Part shown: piece by piece, positions 19,038-28,905 of the stretch | Numbering within the stretch: position 1 is the first letter of the stretch | Layout of the letters: each line of letters opens with the position of its first letter | Assembly (NCBI GenBank): GCA_031414595.1 | Contig: JANNVX010000041.1 | Span: forward strand, 96,001-160,000 | Direction: 5' to 3' | Source: Deinococcales bacterium | Lineage (GTDB): Bacteria; Deinococcota; Deinococci; Deinococcales; JAAFIG01 | Length of the DNA stretch: 64,000 nucleotides | Translations under genes and position numbers: made by a program | The notes under the pieces: generated by a model | Databases searched by the model: none | Told to the model about the DNA's origin: nothing | Seen by the model: only the letters and a program-made list of their open reading frames with translations

Positions 19038-20360
19038 TTACTTCCTAAATTTTAGGGCATTGACTTTAGCCCCAATGCAACGCCCTTGCTCGAGACCCTG
19101 TTCAATGGCGGCTCGGAAATGAATTCCACCATACAGCCTCGAGATGCCAGCTTCGTTAGCCGCTTCGGTAAACGACTTATAACTGCGTGGCTCGAGTCCG
19201 TTATCTGAACCTGTGCGGTCGGTGAAAGCATATTTCTCGCCAAAAAAAGTGGTCAGGACACTGGCGGCGGCACTGCTTTGGGTGCTGTGACCACTCGGGT
19301 ATTCTGGGAATGGTGGAATCAGCAAAATGGTTTCAAAGGTCGAGTCTATGTGCCGACGAATATAGGTACTGGGACGCAATAAATTGTAAATATACTTGGT
19401 GTGCCAGCAACCAATAAAGGCATCATTGACCGCCAGTCCAACGCGGGCTTGGAGTTCGGCAAACTGCTCTAAGCCAAGGTTTTTATCAAGCGCCAGATTT
19501 AGGGCAATGCTAATCCAATGTCCGGGCGGGGTGATGGTTAGCATCGGGTCGTCAGACCAAAATCGGGCAATTTTCTTCTGCTCAGGACTGATATTTTTGA
19601 CGGTGTTGTAAACTTCTAATGCCTCTTTATAGAACGCCGAATCTTTTTCGCTCGAGTAGGTGGGAGGGGCTGGGAGGGGGCAGTCATTACCAGTTTTCAT
19701 GACCAATGGGCGGTTATTACCCCAAGCTGGCAAAAGTGGGGTTTGCTGCATCCCAAGGGCTGCGGTTGGGACCCATTGTTCTGGCTTGGTGGCTTTAGGA
19801 TAAGTGAGCGGGAAACCCAAGTTGCTGATGGTTGCCCCACCGTCTGTTTTGGCAAACTCGAGGATTTGTTGGGCTGCCAAACGCCCATAATTCAGGCTGC
19901 GCTCGAGAACATCTTGAGGCATAGATTTTGCCAAATCTTGGGCAATACGGTTTTTAACAATTGTCAGCACCCGTTGCCCGGTCGGACCAGTATTGCCGTA
20001 CAAAGCCTCCATACTGCTCGAGAATGCCCCGTGCAGAACAGCCGCGTTGTTGTACTTTTGTTTTGGGTCTGGTTTGGTAATCCCGCGAAATCCTTGAACT
20101 TGCCCCTCGAGTGAACGCAGGGTTTTACTGTTTACAGCAACCAATTCGTGCATCGTTAAACCGACATAAGCAAAGGTACGGGCAGCCACTGGTGGCGAGT
20201 AAGTCGCAGTGTGACGGGTTAAATCAAGCATCAGGGTGTACCATTGGGTTGCCACACGCATCTCGAGCGGCAAACTGGGGGTGTTATTCTGAGCGCCAGA
20301 ATGACCTAAGAAAGCCAAACTCGAGCCAAACAGCACAAGAAGTGCAAACTTTGTTTTCAT
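19038..20360 (-). CDS. Secreted vanadium-dependent haloperoxidase / PAP2-like protein
   Basis: K....LLRP, PPFPEYPSGH and SRLYGGIHF vanadate-binding motifs; signal peptide. Confidence 0.88.
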   Translation of the reverse strand: MKTKFALLVLFGSSLAFLGHSGAQNNTPSLPLEMRVATQWYTLMLDLTRHTATYSPPVAARTFAYVGLTMHELVAVNSKTLRSLEGQVQGFRGITKPDPKQKYNNAAVLHGAFSSSMEALYGNTGPTGQRVLTIVKNRIAQDLAKSMPQDVLERSLNYGRLAAQQILEFAKTDGGATISNLGFPLTYPKATKPEQWVPTAALGMQQTPLLPAWGNNRPLVMKTGNDCPLPAPPTYSSEKDSAFYKEALEVYNTVKNISPEQKKIARFWSDDPMLTITPPGHWISIALNLALDKNLGLEQFAELQARVGLAVNDAFIGCWHTKYIYNLLRPSTYIRRHIDSTFETILLIPPFPEYPSGHSTQSSAAASVLTTFFGEKYAFTDRTGSDNGLEPRSYKSFTEAANEAGISRLYGGIHFRAAIEQGLEQGRCIGAKVNALKFRK

Positions 20361-20385
20361 GTATTTTTTGTACCATAAATTACAC

Positions 20386-21201
20386 TTAATTTGATGTTGA
20401 TTTTTGAAGTAGTATCGCCAGATGTCGCACCCAGATTTTCTCCCAGAGGGCTGGGCTTTGCGGTAACTCGAGCTTAAAAACTTGGAGCAGTACATCGTTG
20501 TAGTCAGCTAGACCCTCTAAGGTGCGTTCGGTTTTGCCTGATTTACTCAGCGTTGTTAGCACCGCCCCACGCAGCGTGTACAAGGCTTCTCGAGTCATGC
20601 GCTGGCAAACGGTGGTACGGACAAAACCACTTTCTGGATTGGTTTGTAAGTCGGTGCAGCGCTCGGCAAAGTAATCTAAAGTCCTTGGCTCGAGGCTAAA
20701 AATAAAACCAGCCGTATTACTTTGTGGCGGGTTGTGCATTGTCCAATGAGGTTGTGAATAACCCATGCGGTACTCGAGAAAACCTGTTTGGTATGTGCCT
20801 TCTTGTAAAGGCAGCGCTTCTATTGCCCCATCGCCAAAGCCAACATCAGCTAAGTATGTTCCTTCTTCGAGTTTGACCAGTAAAATCATGTGGTCGCCAT
20901 CTGGTGTTTGTCCGTTGGGGCGCAGTACACCACTTGATAAACACTGCACCTCAAAGCCTATTTCGCGTAGCACCCATGCAAAAAGCGTGTTCATTTCAAA
21001 GCACCAACCGCCACGCTGCTCGAGAACAATTTTTTGGTAGGCTTGGGCTAATCCTAGTGGCAGTTTGCGTCCTAAGTGAATGTCCAGATTCTCGTAGGGG
21101 ATGGTGTTTAGGTGCGCTTCTTGGAGGGCATTGAGTACCGCCAGCGTGGGTTCTCGTGCGCCGTGGTACTCAATCCGTTGTAAGTAAGTCTCGAGTTGCA
21201 T
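20386..21201 (-). CDS. Arylamine N-acetyltransferase
   Basis: IPYENLD, RGGWCFE (Cys), DHM (His), ADVGFG (Asp). Confidence 0.93.
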   Translation of the reverse strand: MQLETYLQRIEYHGAREPTLAVLNALQEAHLNTIPYENLDIHLGRKLPLGLAQAYQKIVLEQRGGWCFEMNTLFAWVLREIGFEVQCLSSGVLRPNGQTPDGDHMILLVKLEEGTYLADVGFGDGAIEALPLQEGTYQTGFLEYRMGYSQPHWTMHNPPQSNTAGFIFSLEPRTLDYFAERCTDLQTNPESGFVRTTVCQRMTREALYTLRGAVLTTLSKSGKTERTLEGLADYNDVLLQVFKLELPQSPALWEKIWVRHLAILLQKSTSN

Positions 21202-21297
21202 GGTCTGTATTCTAAACAAAAGTTCTTCTGGCATTGCTAAGAATAAATTACTTCCTTTTGGGACACATGACAGCCCAATGCTTGTTACGATTTTTTC

Positions 21298-22317
21298 ATG
21301 CTAAGGTTACTTTTTTGGTTGCCGGCATTCTTACTCTCAAGCAATGCCGAAGCCCATGTCAAATGGTTTCATCAAGGAGAACGACCGCCCTTTGATTGGC
21401 TGGCGGTTTTTTCGATGCCCAGCCTGATTTTTATTGTGGCGGTTGGTCTTACGGTGCTTGGTTTGTGGTTTTGGCAAGGCGCTCGAGGTGGAGCGGGTTT
21501 TATCCCTAACCTTGCGTGGTTTGGGGCGATTCCAGAACGACGCATGGCGTTGTACGGCTTAATTCCAGCCATTCTGGCAGTGCATTTTGCCGTGCCGCTT
21601 TTTGTTGCAAGTGTGCAGGGGAATTTATTTGCACCCGCCTTAAAACTACCGGGCGCTTGGGCGTATTTTATTGGTTTACTGCAAGCAGGCGTGGCACTGG
21701 CGCTTTTCTATGGTGGCTTCACTCGAGCCGCAGCCGTGGTATTGGCTTGGCTGTGGTTAGTGGGTATTGCTTTTGTTGGACTCGAGGCAAGCCTAGATAA
21801 TGCCCATGTGCTTGGTTTTGCGGTCTTTTTCTATTTGGCTGGGCGTGGTCCGATTGCGATTGACCGACTGATTTTAACCCGTTTTGAACCAACCCCAAAC
21901 CTGATGCGTCATGCTGTGACCGCCCTAAGAATTGGGGTCGGGCTGGGTTTAATTGCTGCCGCCTTTACCGAAAAACTGGGCAATCCAATGCTGGCGCTTT
22001 CTTTTCTCGAGCAGCAACCCTTAAATTTTACAGCCGCCCTTGGTTTGCCAATTCCCAACGAACTTTTTTTGCGTTTTGCTGGCAGTGTCGAATTGTTGGT
22101 GGGCTTGTGTTTGGTCGCCAATGTCTTTACCCGTGAAATCATTGTGATTGCGTGGATTCCCCTAAATTTAACTTTAACGATTTTTGATTGGAATGAATTG
22201 GTCGGGCATTTACCGATTTATGGGGCAATGGCGGTGCTGTTAATCTGGGAAAACTCGAGTCAGAATACCGAATTATGGTTGCGCGGACTGCGGGAAGGTC
22301 CTTTGCCGATTAAGTGA
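21298..22317 (+). CDS. Multi-pass membrane protein (DoxX-like repeats)
   Basis: Many hydrophobic segments; AHVKWF N-terminus; EKL..P and ELVGHLP motifs. Confidence 0.65.
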   Translation: MLRLLFWLPAFLLSSNAEAHVKWFHQGERPPFDWLAVFSMPSLIFIVAVGLTVLGLWFWQGARGGAGFIPNLAWFGAIPERRMALYGLIPAILAVHFAVPLFVASVQGNLFAPALKLPGAWAYFIGLLQAGVALALFYGGFTRAAAVVLAWLWLVGIAFVGLEASLDNAHVLGFAVFFYLAGRGPIAIDRLILTRFEPTPNLMRHAVTALRIGVGLGLIAAAFTEKLGNPMLALSFLEQQPLNFTAALGLPIPNELFLRFAGSVELLVGLCLVANVFTREIIVIAWIPLNLTLTIFDWNELVGHLPIYGAMAVLLIWENSSQNTELWLRGLREGPLPIK

Positions 22318-22365
22318 GCTATGAGCTTGAGGGTTAAACGGTTAAAGGGTGAAAAGGTTAAAGTT

Positions 22366-22533
22366 TTTCGCCTTTCGCCTTTCGCCTTTCGCCTTTCGCC
22401 TTTCGCCTTTCGCCTTTCGCCTTTTGCCTTTTGCCTTTTGCCTTTTGCCTTTTGCCTTTTGCCTTTTGCCTTTTGCCTTTTGCCTTTTGCCTTTTGCCTT
22501 TTGCCTTTTGCCTTTTGCCTTTTGCCTTTCGCC
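22366..22533. repeat. Heptamer microsatellite (TTTCGCC)8(TTTTGCC)15(TTTCGCC)1
   Basis: 24 head-to-tail 7-mers counted directly. Confidence 0.97.
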
Positions 22534-22593
22534 TTCCCTCTAAGCCATTTGATTTATTTGCAAAATGAAACTATTTTAGTTTAGAATAATCGC

Positions 22594-23091
22594 GTGGTTA
22601 AACCGTCTTTAAGTTCTGAACCTTCGTCTGGTCTGATTGTCTATAAATCTCATGCTCAAGCGCTGCTCGAGGCGTGGTGGTCGTTTGGACAAACCATGCG
22701 GCAACATGTCATCCCCAAAGTGATTGGCGAACTCGACCTTGAATTTAAGGATTTTTTGGCTTTGGTTGCCATTCATGACGGCGCACTTTATCCCAAGCTG
22801 ATTTGCACTCGGCTTGCCACCAACCCTTCAGACATTTCTCGGATTCTCGAGAAGCTCGAGGAAAAAGAACTGGTCACTCGAGCGCTTGACCCCGAAGATT
22901 CGCGCCGTATTCGGGTGGTTTTGACTGCCCACGGGCTTGCCACACTCGAGCATAAGCGGCAAGCCATGGCAGAACACATCCTCAAAGCGGTAGAAGATAT
23001 GCCTGCCAACGAACTCGAGCGTTTTGCCAATACCATGAAACATCTGACCGACGGCATCAAAGCCCAATTCAAAGACGATACGAACCAATAA
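22594..23091 (+). CDS. MarR family transcriptional regulator
   Basis: ISRILEKLEEKELVTR..DPEDSRRIRV.LT..G; TAGAAT 6 nt before the GTG. Confidence 0.92.
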   Translation: MVKPSLSSEPSSGLIVYKSHAQALLEAWWSFGQTMRQHVIPKVIGELDLEFKDFLALVAIHDGALYPKLICTRLATNPSDISRILEKLEEKELVTRALDPEDSRRIRVVLTAHGLATLEHKRQAMAEHILKAVEDMPANELERFANTMKHLTDGIKAQFKDDTNQ

Positions 23092-25385
23092 TGAAGGAGT
23101 CTTTTATGTCTGCCCCAGCCATTGCTATTCCAGAACTAACTCGGCAACAAAAAATCTTTACCCTGATTGGTGCATTTTTAGGGGTGCTGCTGGCTGCCCT
23201 TGACCAAACCATTGTTGCCACCGCCGGACCAAGTATCCAAGCCGACCTAAACATCGAAGCTACCTTGTTTGGTTGGGTTACAACTGCTTACCTCGTCTCG
23301 AGTACCGTGATGGTCCCAATTTACGGCAAATTATCCGATATTTTTGGTCGTAAACCGATTTTACTGATTGGTATTGGGATTTTTTTAGCGGGCAGTGTGC
23401 TGTGTGGTTTGGCAACTGAAACTTGGCAAATCATTGCTGCTAGAGGTATTCAAGGACTGGGTAGTGCAGCGCTTTTTACCAGTGCGCTTTCTATTATTGG
23501 CGATATTTTCCCTCCTACTGAACGCGGCAAATACAGTGGTTTATTTGGGGCGGTCTTTGGTCTCTCGAGTGTGGTTGGTCCACTGGTTGGTGGTTTTCTA
23601 ACCGATAATTTCTCGTGGCATTGGGTTTTCTTTGTCAATTTACCAGTTGGGGCGGTTGCCTTGGCTTTTATTCTTTCTAAAATGCCAAACCTGAATTTGG
23701 TGCAAAATAAACCTTCGATAGATTATGCTGGCGCAGTCACCTTACTGCTTAGCACTGTTCCGTTGTTGTTGGCGTTGTCTTTGGGTAAAACATCGGTGCG
23801 CCCTTTTGAGACTGGTTATTCATGGAGCAGCCCCGAAATCCTTGGGATGTTTGCATTATCGGCTGTTGCCCTAATTGCTTTTATCTTTATTGAACGCCGC
23901 GCCAAAGACCCTTTACTCGATTTAGGTTTATTCAAAAATCCAGCCTTTAGTATTGGCAACGCTGCCGCTTTTGTGATTGGTATGGCGTTCTTAAGCGCGA
24001 TTGTCTTTTTACCTATTTTTATGCAGAACGTGGTCGGTTTGAGCGCCACCGCTAGTGGTTTTGCGGGGCTGCCTTTGGTGATTGGCTTGGTGATTGGCAA
24101 TGTGCTGAGTGGACAATTGGTCAGTCGTTTTGGACGCTACAAACCCCTGATGTTGGTTGGCTTAATCATCATGATGATTGGTTTTGCAATTGCTGGCTTT
24201 ACCTTAACCCCACAAAGCACCTTTTGGGAGGTCTTTCTGAAAATGCTGGTCATGGGCTTGGGTTTAGGACCAAGTATTCCTTTGTACACCCTAGCCATTC
24301 AAGCGGCTGCACCAATAGAGAAAATGGGGGTTGCGACCTCGAGTGCTACCTTTTTTCGCAGTATGGGCAGCAGTGTTGGTTTAGCCGTGTTTTTTAGTAT
24401 CTTTGGAAATATCCTCGCCCAGAACCTTGCCCCTAAACTCGAGCAAGCCACCAAGGATGTTCCACCAGCCTTACGCGCCCAATTGACCCAAGGCAGCGCA
24501 GGTAGTGCAAGTGCCGAAGGGAATAATAATTTACGTTTTGATGCCGTCGGTATTAAAAAAATAGCCTTACAAAGCATCACCAACACCGAGCGCAACCTCG
24601 AGAAAGCGATGTTGCAAAACGATTTAGCGGCTCTAAAAGTTCTGGCGAATAACAAACAAATGCCTAGCCAAATGCAAACGCAACTGGCGGCGGCGGTGCA
24701 AGCGGGTGGTTTTTGGCAGTATTTAGAGGCTCAAAACCGTGCTGTACAACTTTTAATGGTTCGGGCTTTACGTGATAACGACCCGCTTGCCAAAGCTGCC
24801 CTGCTTAAAAATCCGCAAATTCCAGCCCAACTCAAAAAGACGCTACAAGTAGGTGGAATTGCCGCCCAAATCCGCCAAGGACTCGAGGCACAGTACAAAT
24901 TGGTAGAAACCGCCATGGCGGACGAAAACCCCAAAGAAGCCCTAGCTAGACTTGCCAAGAACTCAGACTTGCCAACCCCGATTAAAGCCCGTTTAAGCAG
25001 TATCCCAGAAGCTGTCCTGACCTATCCTGAACGCCGAGCGGGTATCCTTATCCAAATTAGGCAAAGCCTTGATGCGGCTGCCCCACAAGTGATTTCAGGG
25101 GCAATTAACACCGCCCTAGCCGCCGTTGTCAAAAACCAGCCGCAACCCAAAACCGTGGCGGCTGGAATTTATCAAAATAGCCTAAAAGGTTTAGAAAGCA
25201 ACAAAAGCACGATTATTAGCACCATAGATAAGGTAGACGCAGCTTTCAAAAGTGTTCTGACCGACAGCATCACAATTATTTATAAACTGGGTATTTTGGT
25301 GGCATTGGTGGCGTTCTTACTGACCCTTGCCTTGCCAGAAATCCCATTGCGAAAAAGTAATTTTGCTGCACCCGCCGCAGAATAA
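23091..25385 (+). CDS. DHA2-type MFS efflux permease with a large C-terminal loop insertion
   Basis: LAALDQTIV, GKLSDIFGRK, WHWVFFVNLP; about 280-aa hydrophilic insert before the last TM helix. Confidence 0.92.
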   Translation: MKESFMSAPAIAIPELTRQQKIFTLIGAFLGVLLAALDQTIVATAGPSIQADLNIEATLFGWVTTAYLVSSTVMVPIYGKLSDIFGRKPILLIGIGIFLAGSVLCGLATETWQIIAARGIQGLGSAALFTSALSIIGDIFPPTERGKYSGLFGAVFGLSSVVGPLVGGFLTDNFSWHWVFFVNLPVGAVALAFILSKMPNLNLVQNKPSIDYAGAVTLLLSTVPLLLALSLGKTSVRPFETGYSWSSPEILGMFALSAVALIAFIFIERRAKDPLLDLGLFKNPAFSIGNAAAFVIGMAFLSAIVFLPIFMQNVVGLSATASGFAGLPLVIGLVIGNVLSGQLVSRFGRYKPLMLVGLIIMMIGFAIAGFTLTPQSTFWEVFLKMLVMGLGLGPSIPLYTLAIQAAAPIEKMGVATSSATFFRSMGSSVGLAVFFSIFGNILAQNLAPKLEQATKDVPPALRAQLTQGSAGSASAEGNNNLRFDAVGIKKIALQSITNTERNLEKAMLQNDLAALKVLANNKQMPSQMQTQLAAAVQAGGFWQYLEAQNRAVQLLMVRALRDNDPLAKAALLKNPQIPAQLKKTLQVGGIAAQIRQGLEAQYKLVETAMADENPKEALARLAKNSDLPTPIKARLSSIPEAVLTYPERRAGILIQIRQSLDAAAPQVISGAINTALAAVVKNQPQPKTVAAGIYQNSLKGLESNKSTIISTIDKVDAAFKSVLTDSITIIYKLGILVALVAFLLTLALPEIPLRKSNFAAPAAE

Positions 25386-25458
25386 AATTAAAAACTCGAG
25401 GGGAAACCAATGTTCTGGAAGTTTTTGCTTTTTTGCGTCTGCGAAGCATTTGCGTTTT

Positions 25459-25485
25459 GTAGGGGCGAACCCCTGTGTTCGCCCT
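25459..25485 (+). repeat. GTAG-type REP element
   Basis: GTAGGGGCGAAC-CCCTGT-GTTCGCCCT. Confidence 0.8.
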
Positions 25486-25550
25486 GTAGGATGACATAAG
25501 TTCAATTTCCCCTGAGAATTTACCGAACTATTGTAAACCAATCAAGTTTT

Positions 25551-26516
25551 TCAGTCATCCAGCGCGTAATTATGATTGCCCTGTAAGCCCAGCATTAGGT
25601 CTATGTTCTGAGCCGCAGCCCCAGATGCACCCTTGCCCAGATTATCGGCTCGAGCCACCAGCAGGGCTTGTTTTTTAGCGGGGTTGGCAAAAACCATAAT
25701 TTCCATTTGGTTTGTCCCATTTAAGGTTTCTGGATTTAAGACCGCCTTGGCTGGGGCTTCCATCTCGAGCGGTAAAACCTTGATAAAAGGCTGTCCAGCA
25801 TAACGTTCCTCGAGGATACTTTGGATTTCTAAAGCGGTTGGTTGTTTTGGCAAAGACGAAAGATGAATTGGGATTTGCACCAACATCCCTTTAAGCCATT
25901 TGCCTACGGCTGGCGTAAAAATTGGTTCGGTTGCCAGTCTCGAGTAGGCTGTGATTTCAGGCAAGTGCTTATGGCTTAGCGATAAGCCGTAACCTCGGTA
26001 TGCTCCTGCCAAATGATGCTGGCTGCCGCGTCCTTCAACCGCATCTATCAGTTGTCGTCCGCCACCACTGTAGCCCTGAACGCCTTGAATACTTAACGGG
26101 TAATCAGTGGGAATCAAACCCGCATCCACCAACGGACGAAGCAGGGCAATCGCATTCTGGGCGTAACAACCGGGGTTTGCCACAAAACGGGCTGCTTTTA
26201 TGGCTGTGCTTTGTTCACCATTCAGTTCTGGAAAACCATAAACCCAATTTGGCGCAACGCGGTGGGCGGTGCTGGCATCTAAAACTCGAGTCTTGGGGTT
26301 GCTAATCATTTGTACGGCTGCCCTTGCTAGGTCGTCGTGCAGACATAAAACCGCTAAATCCACACTGTTCAGTAAGCGCTGCCGCTCGAGTTCGTCTTTG
26401 CGCCTTTCTGGGTCAATCGAAACCAATTCAAGGTCGGCTCGAGGCTCGAGACGCGCTCGGATTTGCAATCCGGTTGTGCCGGCTTCTCCATCAATATAAA
26501 TGCGGGGCTTACTCAC
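25551..26516 (-). CDS. argC: N-acetyl-gamma-glutamyl-phosphate reductase (type 2)
   Basis: [31 protein letters not shown]; start placed at GTG 26516 because TACAAT lies 7 nt upstream. Confidence 0.95.
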   Translation of the reverse strand: MSKPRIYIDGEAGTTGLQIRARLEPRADLELVSIDPERRKDELERQRLLNSVDLAVLCLHDDLARAAVQMISNPKTRVLDASTAHRVAPNWVYGFPELNGEQSTAIKAARFVANPGCYAQNAIALLRPLVDAGLIPTDYPLSIQGVQGYSGGGRQLIDAVEGRGSQHHLAGAYRGYGLSLSHKHLPEITAYSRLATEPIFTPAVGKWLKGMLVQIPIHLSSLPKQPTALEIQSILEERYAGQPFIKVLPLEMEAPAKAVLNPETLNGTNQMEIMVFANPAKKQALLVARADNLGKGASGAAAQNIDLMLGLQGNHNYALDD

Positions 26517-26558
26517 AAGAAGCATTGTACGATGAAAACTCAGTATAAAAGGAGCAAG

Positions 26559-27326
26559 ATGTTTATAACCGTGGATGAAACCAAGCTCTACACCACTTCT
26601 TTTGGTCGTGTGGATGCCCCGCCTATCCTGTTTTTAAGTGGTTGGATTGGCAGTTGGGAAGACTGGGCGGATACGATGTCGGTACTCAGTGAAAATTGGC
26701 GCACCATTTCTTTTGACCATCGCGGCACAGGGGCAACAGTTGCACCCCTCGAGACGATCAACTTTGACAACATGGTAGCTGATGTTTTTCGGGTCTTAGA
26801 CCATTACAAAATTGAGCGTTGTGTCTTAGCCGCAATGTCGGCGGGGGCGGGAGTGGCATTATCAGCCGCCTTACAACATCCTGAACGGTTCACAGGGCTT
26901 GTACTGGCAAACAGCATAGATTTTCGTGGTGGCGCACAACCCAATCCCCCGTTTTTAGCCGTACTCGAGAAAGACTATGAGGCGGCGCTTGATTATTTTG
27001 TATCAGCTTGTGTACCAGAAAAAAATAGCGAACACATCAAGCGCTGGGGTCGGCAAATCCTTAATCGGGCATCAAGAGAAGCGGCACTGGCTTTATTTCG
27101 GATGGCTCGAGCCATTGATTTACGCCCAGATTTAGCCAACATCAATCTTCGCACGTTGTTGCTGCATGGGGATTTAGATACGATTTCACCGCTCGAGTCG
27201 GCGCAATGGTTAGCCGCTACTTTACCCAATGCAAGTTTAGAAATCGTATCTGAAACTGGGCATGTGCCAATCTTGACCAAGCCCGAAGAAGTGGCAAGCC
27301 GAATCAATGCGTTTTTTGGAATTTGA
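26559..27326 (+). CDS. Alpha/beta fold hydrolase
   Basis: DHRGTG, AMSAG nucleophile elbow, HGDLD, GH; AGGAG RBS. Confidence 0.88.
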   Translation: MFITVDETKLYTTSFGRVDAPPILFLSGWIGSWEDWADTMSVLSENWRTISFDHRGTGATVAPLETINFDNMVADVFRVLDHYKIERCVLAAMSAGAGVALSAALQHPERFTGLVLANSIDFRGGAQPNPPFLAVLEKDYEAALDYFVSACVPEKNSEHIKRWGRQILNRASREAALALFRMARAIDLRPDLANINLRTLLLHGDLDTISPLESAQWLAATLPNASLEIVSETGHVPILTKPEEVASRINAFFGI

Positions 27327-27344
27327 CAGGTTGGCAATTTTTTG

Positions 27345-27361
27345 TTATGATATACACGTAA
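27345..27361. promoter_or_regulatory. RDRM-like 17-bp palindrome (candidate DdrO operator)
   Basis: TTATGATATACACGTAA 48 bp upstream of ddrB; fits the Deinococcus RDRM form TTATG-N7-CGTAA. Confidence 0.75.
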
Positions 27362-27409
27362 GATTAAGCCTTCGTTATTCGTCTATTACCAGTACACTCA
27401 GGAGAAACC

Positions 27410-27913
27410 ATGCTCATTACAATTCATTTCACCACCCCACTTGGCGCGAACATCAGCGTTGAACTCGAGCCGCACGAGACTACCCTAAGCGCCCTTCGCA
27501 AACATGGCGCAAGCGGCTGGACAAGCGGCGATGTTGTCAAAAACGGCGGATTGCGCTTACCCCTCGAGAATGCCGAGCGTTTTGACTGGCGACTTTTGGG
27601 CGCTCGAGCTGCCGAACTTCGCAATAACACCACCCAAGCCCTCGAAGCTGGGGTTTGGTACAAAGGCGACTTTTATAAACGCCGTGAACTCGAGGCACTC
27701 GAGACCAAAAAAATGAAACTGGCTGCCGCGATCAAATACTCGAGAGGCGCACGCGACAGCGACCCACCCGAAATCAAAGAGAGAAGTGGCGAATTTGAGT
27801 ACGTGACTTTAATTCTTTTCCGTGGTGGTGGACATTTACCAGAGTACGATTTGCCAACAGATGGAATGCCGCTTGGTGCAAACAGACAAAATGGCGTTGC
27901 GGCTCGGTCTTAA
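27410..27913 (+). CDS. ddrB: DdrB single-stranded DNA-binding/annealing protein
   Basis: F.T.LGA, GWTSG, FDWRLLGAR, RRELEA...KL.AAIKYSRGA..SDP, EYVTL..FRGG all match Deinococcus DdrB. Confidence 0.9.
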   Translation: MLITIHFTTPLGANISVELEPHETTLSALRKHGASGWTSGDVVKNGGLRLPLENAERFDWRLLGARAAELRNNTTQALEAGVWYKGDFYKRRELEALETKKMKLAAAIKYSRGARDSDPPEIKERSGEFEYVTLILFRGGGHLPEYDLPTDGMPLGANRQNGVAARS

Positions 27914-27986
27914 TTGGGCGACTCGAGAATTTGAAGAACAACCCCGTGTTCTCGAGGTTCAAAAAACTGGTTGCATAAAATTTGAA

Positions 27987-28014
27987 CCGCTCTCGCAAAT
28001 AAGCGCGAGAGCGG
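27987..28014 (-). terminator. Intrinsic terminator between convergent ddrB and the histone-like gene
   Basis: CCGCTCTCGC-8nt-GCGAGAGCGG with a T-rich tail on the minus strand. Confidence 0.7.
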
Positions 28015-28032
28015 AACAATTGGCAAAAAAGC

Positions 28033-28482
28033 TTAAGCTTTCTTTGCGGCTGGTTTTTTCGCAGCAGCTTTCGCGGCTGGCTTTGCGGCTTTTGGAGCAG
28101 CCTTTGCTTTTGCGGCTGGTTTAGCAGCTTTAGGAGCGGCTTTTGCAGCTTTTGGTGCAGCAGCTTTTGCGGCTGGTTTAGCGGTAGCTTTGGCTGCCTT
28201 TGGAGCAGCTTTTGGTGCAGCTTTCGCGGCTGGTTTAGCAGCAGCTTTGGCTGCCTTTGGAGCAGCTTTTGCGGCTGGTTTAGCAGCTTTTGGTGCAGCA
28301 GCTTTCTTAGCTGGAGCTTTTACTGCTGTCGCTTTGGCTGTGGCTGTTGCTTTGGCTGGTTTAGCAGCTTTAGGGGCAGCTTTTGCTGCCTTTGGAGCAG
28401 CAGCTTTCGCGGCTGGTTTAGCAGCTTTTGGTGCAGCAGCCTTTGCAGCTTTCGGTGCAACTTCTGTCTTGGTTTTTGCCAT
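28033..28482 (-). CDS. Histone H1-like Lys/Ala/Pro-rich repeat protein
   Basis: Made almost entirely of AAPKAAKPAAK repeats; strong RBS upstream. Confidence 0.85.
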   Translation of the reverse strand: MAKTKTEVAPKAAKAAAPKAAKPAAKAAAPKAAKAAPKAAKPAKATATAKATAVKAPAKKAAAPKAAKPAAKAAPKAAKAAAKPAAKAAPKAAPKAAKATAKPAAKAAAPKAAKAAPKAAKPAAKAKAAPKAAKPAAKAAAKKPAAKKA

Positions 28483-28905
28483 ATCACTCACCCCCTTTTG
28501 TTTGAGTCAACGTACTTACCCCAAACTGCGATACGGGTTCTAGGGATACTTCCCGAGCCGCGCATTGAAGCGGAACAACTATATGTAGGGGTTTAATGGG
28601 ATTAAGCACCACAGAGAGTGTAGCATGTTTTTATCTTGTTGTGTGCAAGTTTTTGACAAAATTGTACTTACTCGAGATTGAAAAAAATAGACTTGAGATT
28701 GAAAAACAAATTTATAATGTCCTGTACAATTTTTTCTTTTGATTGCAAAAAATAACAAAAATAATACTTCTAAAATAATAGTATAAATATTATCACAATT
28801 TCAAGCGAATCTCGAGAATAAAAATAAAAATTTCGAGCCAAAAACACCTACTTTCAACTCGAGATTTACAAATTTTAGTTTTGAAATGCCCAATGCGGTA
28901 AATAC

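Noticed and set aside
22321-22584. ORFs with FRLSPFA / FCLLPFA repeats
   Set aside because: Artefacts of the stop-free heptamer array
28190-28543. Ala/Phe/Gly-rich plus-strand ORF
   Set aside because: Antisense shadow of the PAK-repeat gene, which has the RBS and terminator
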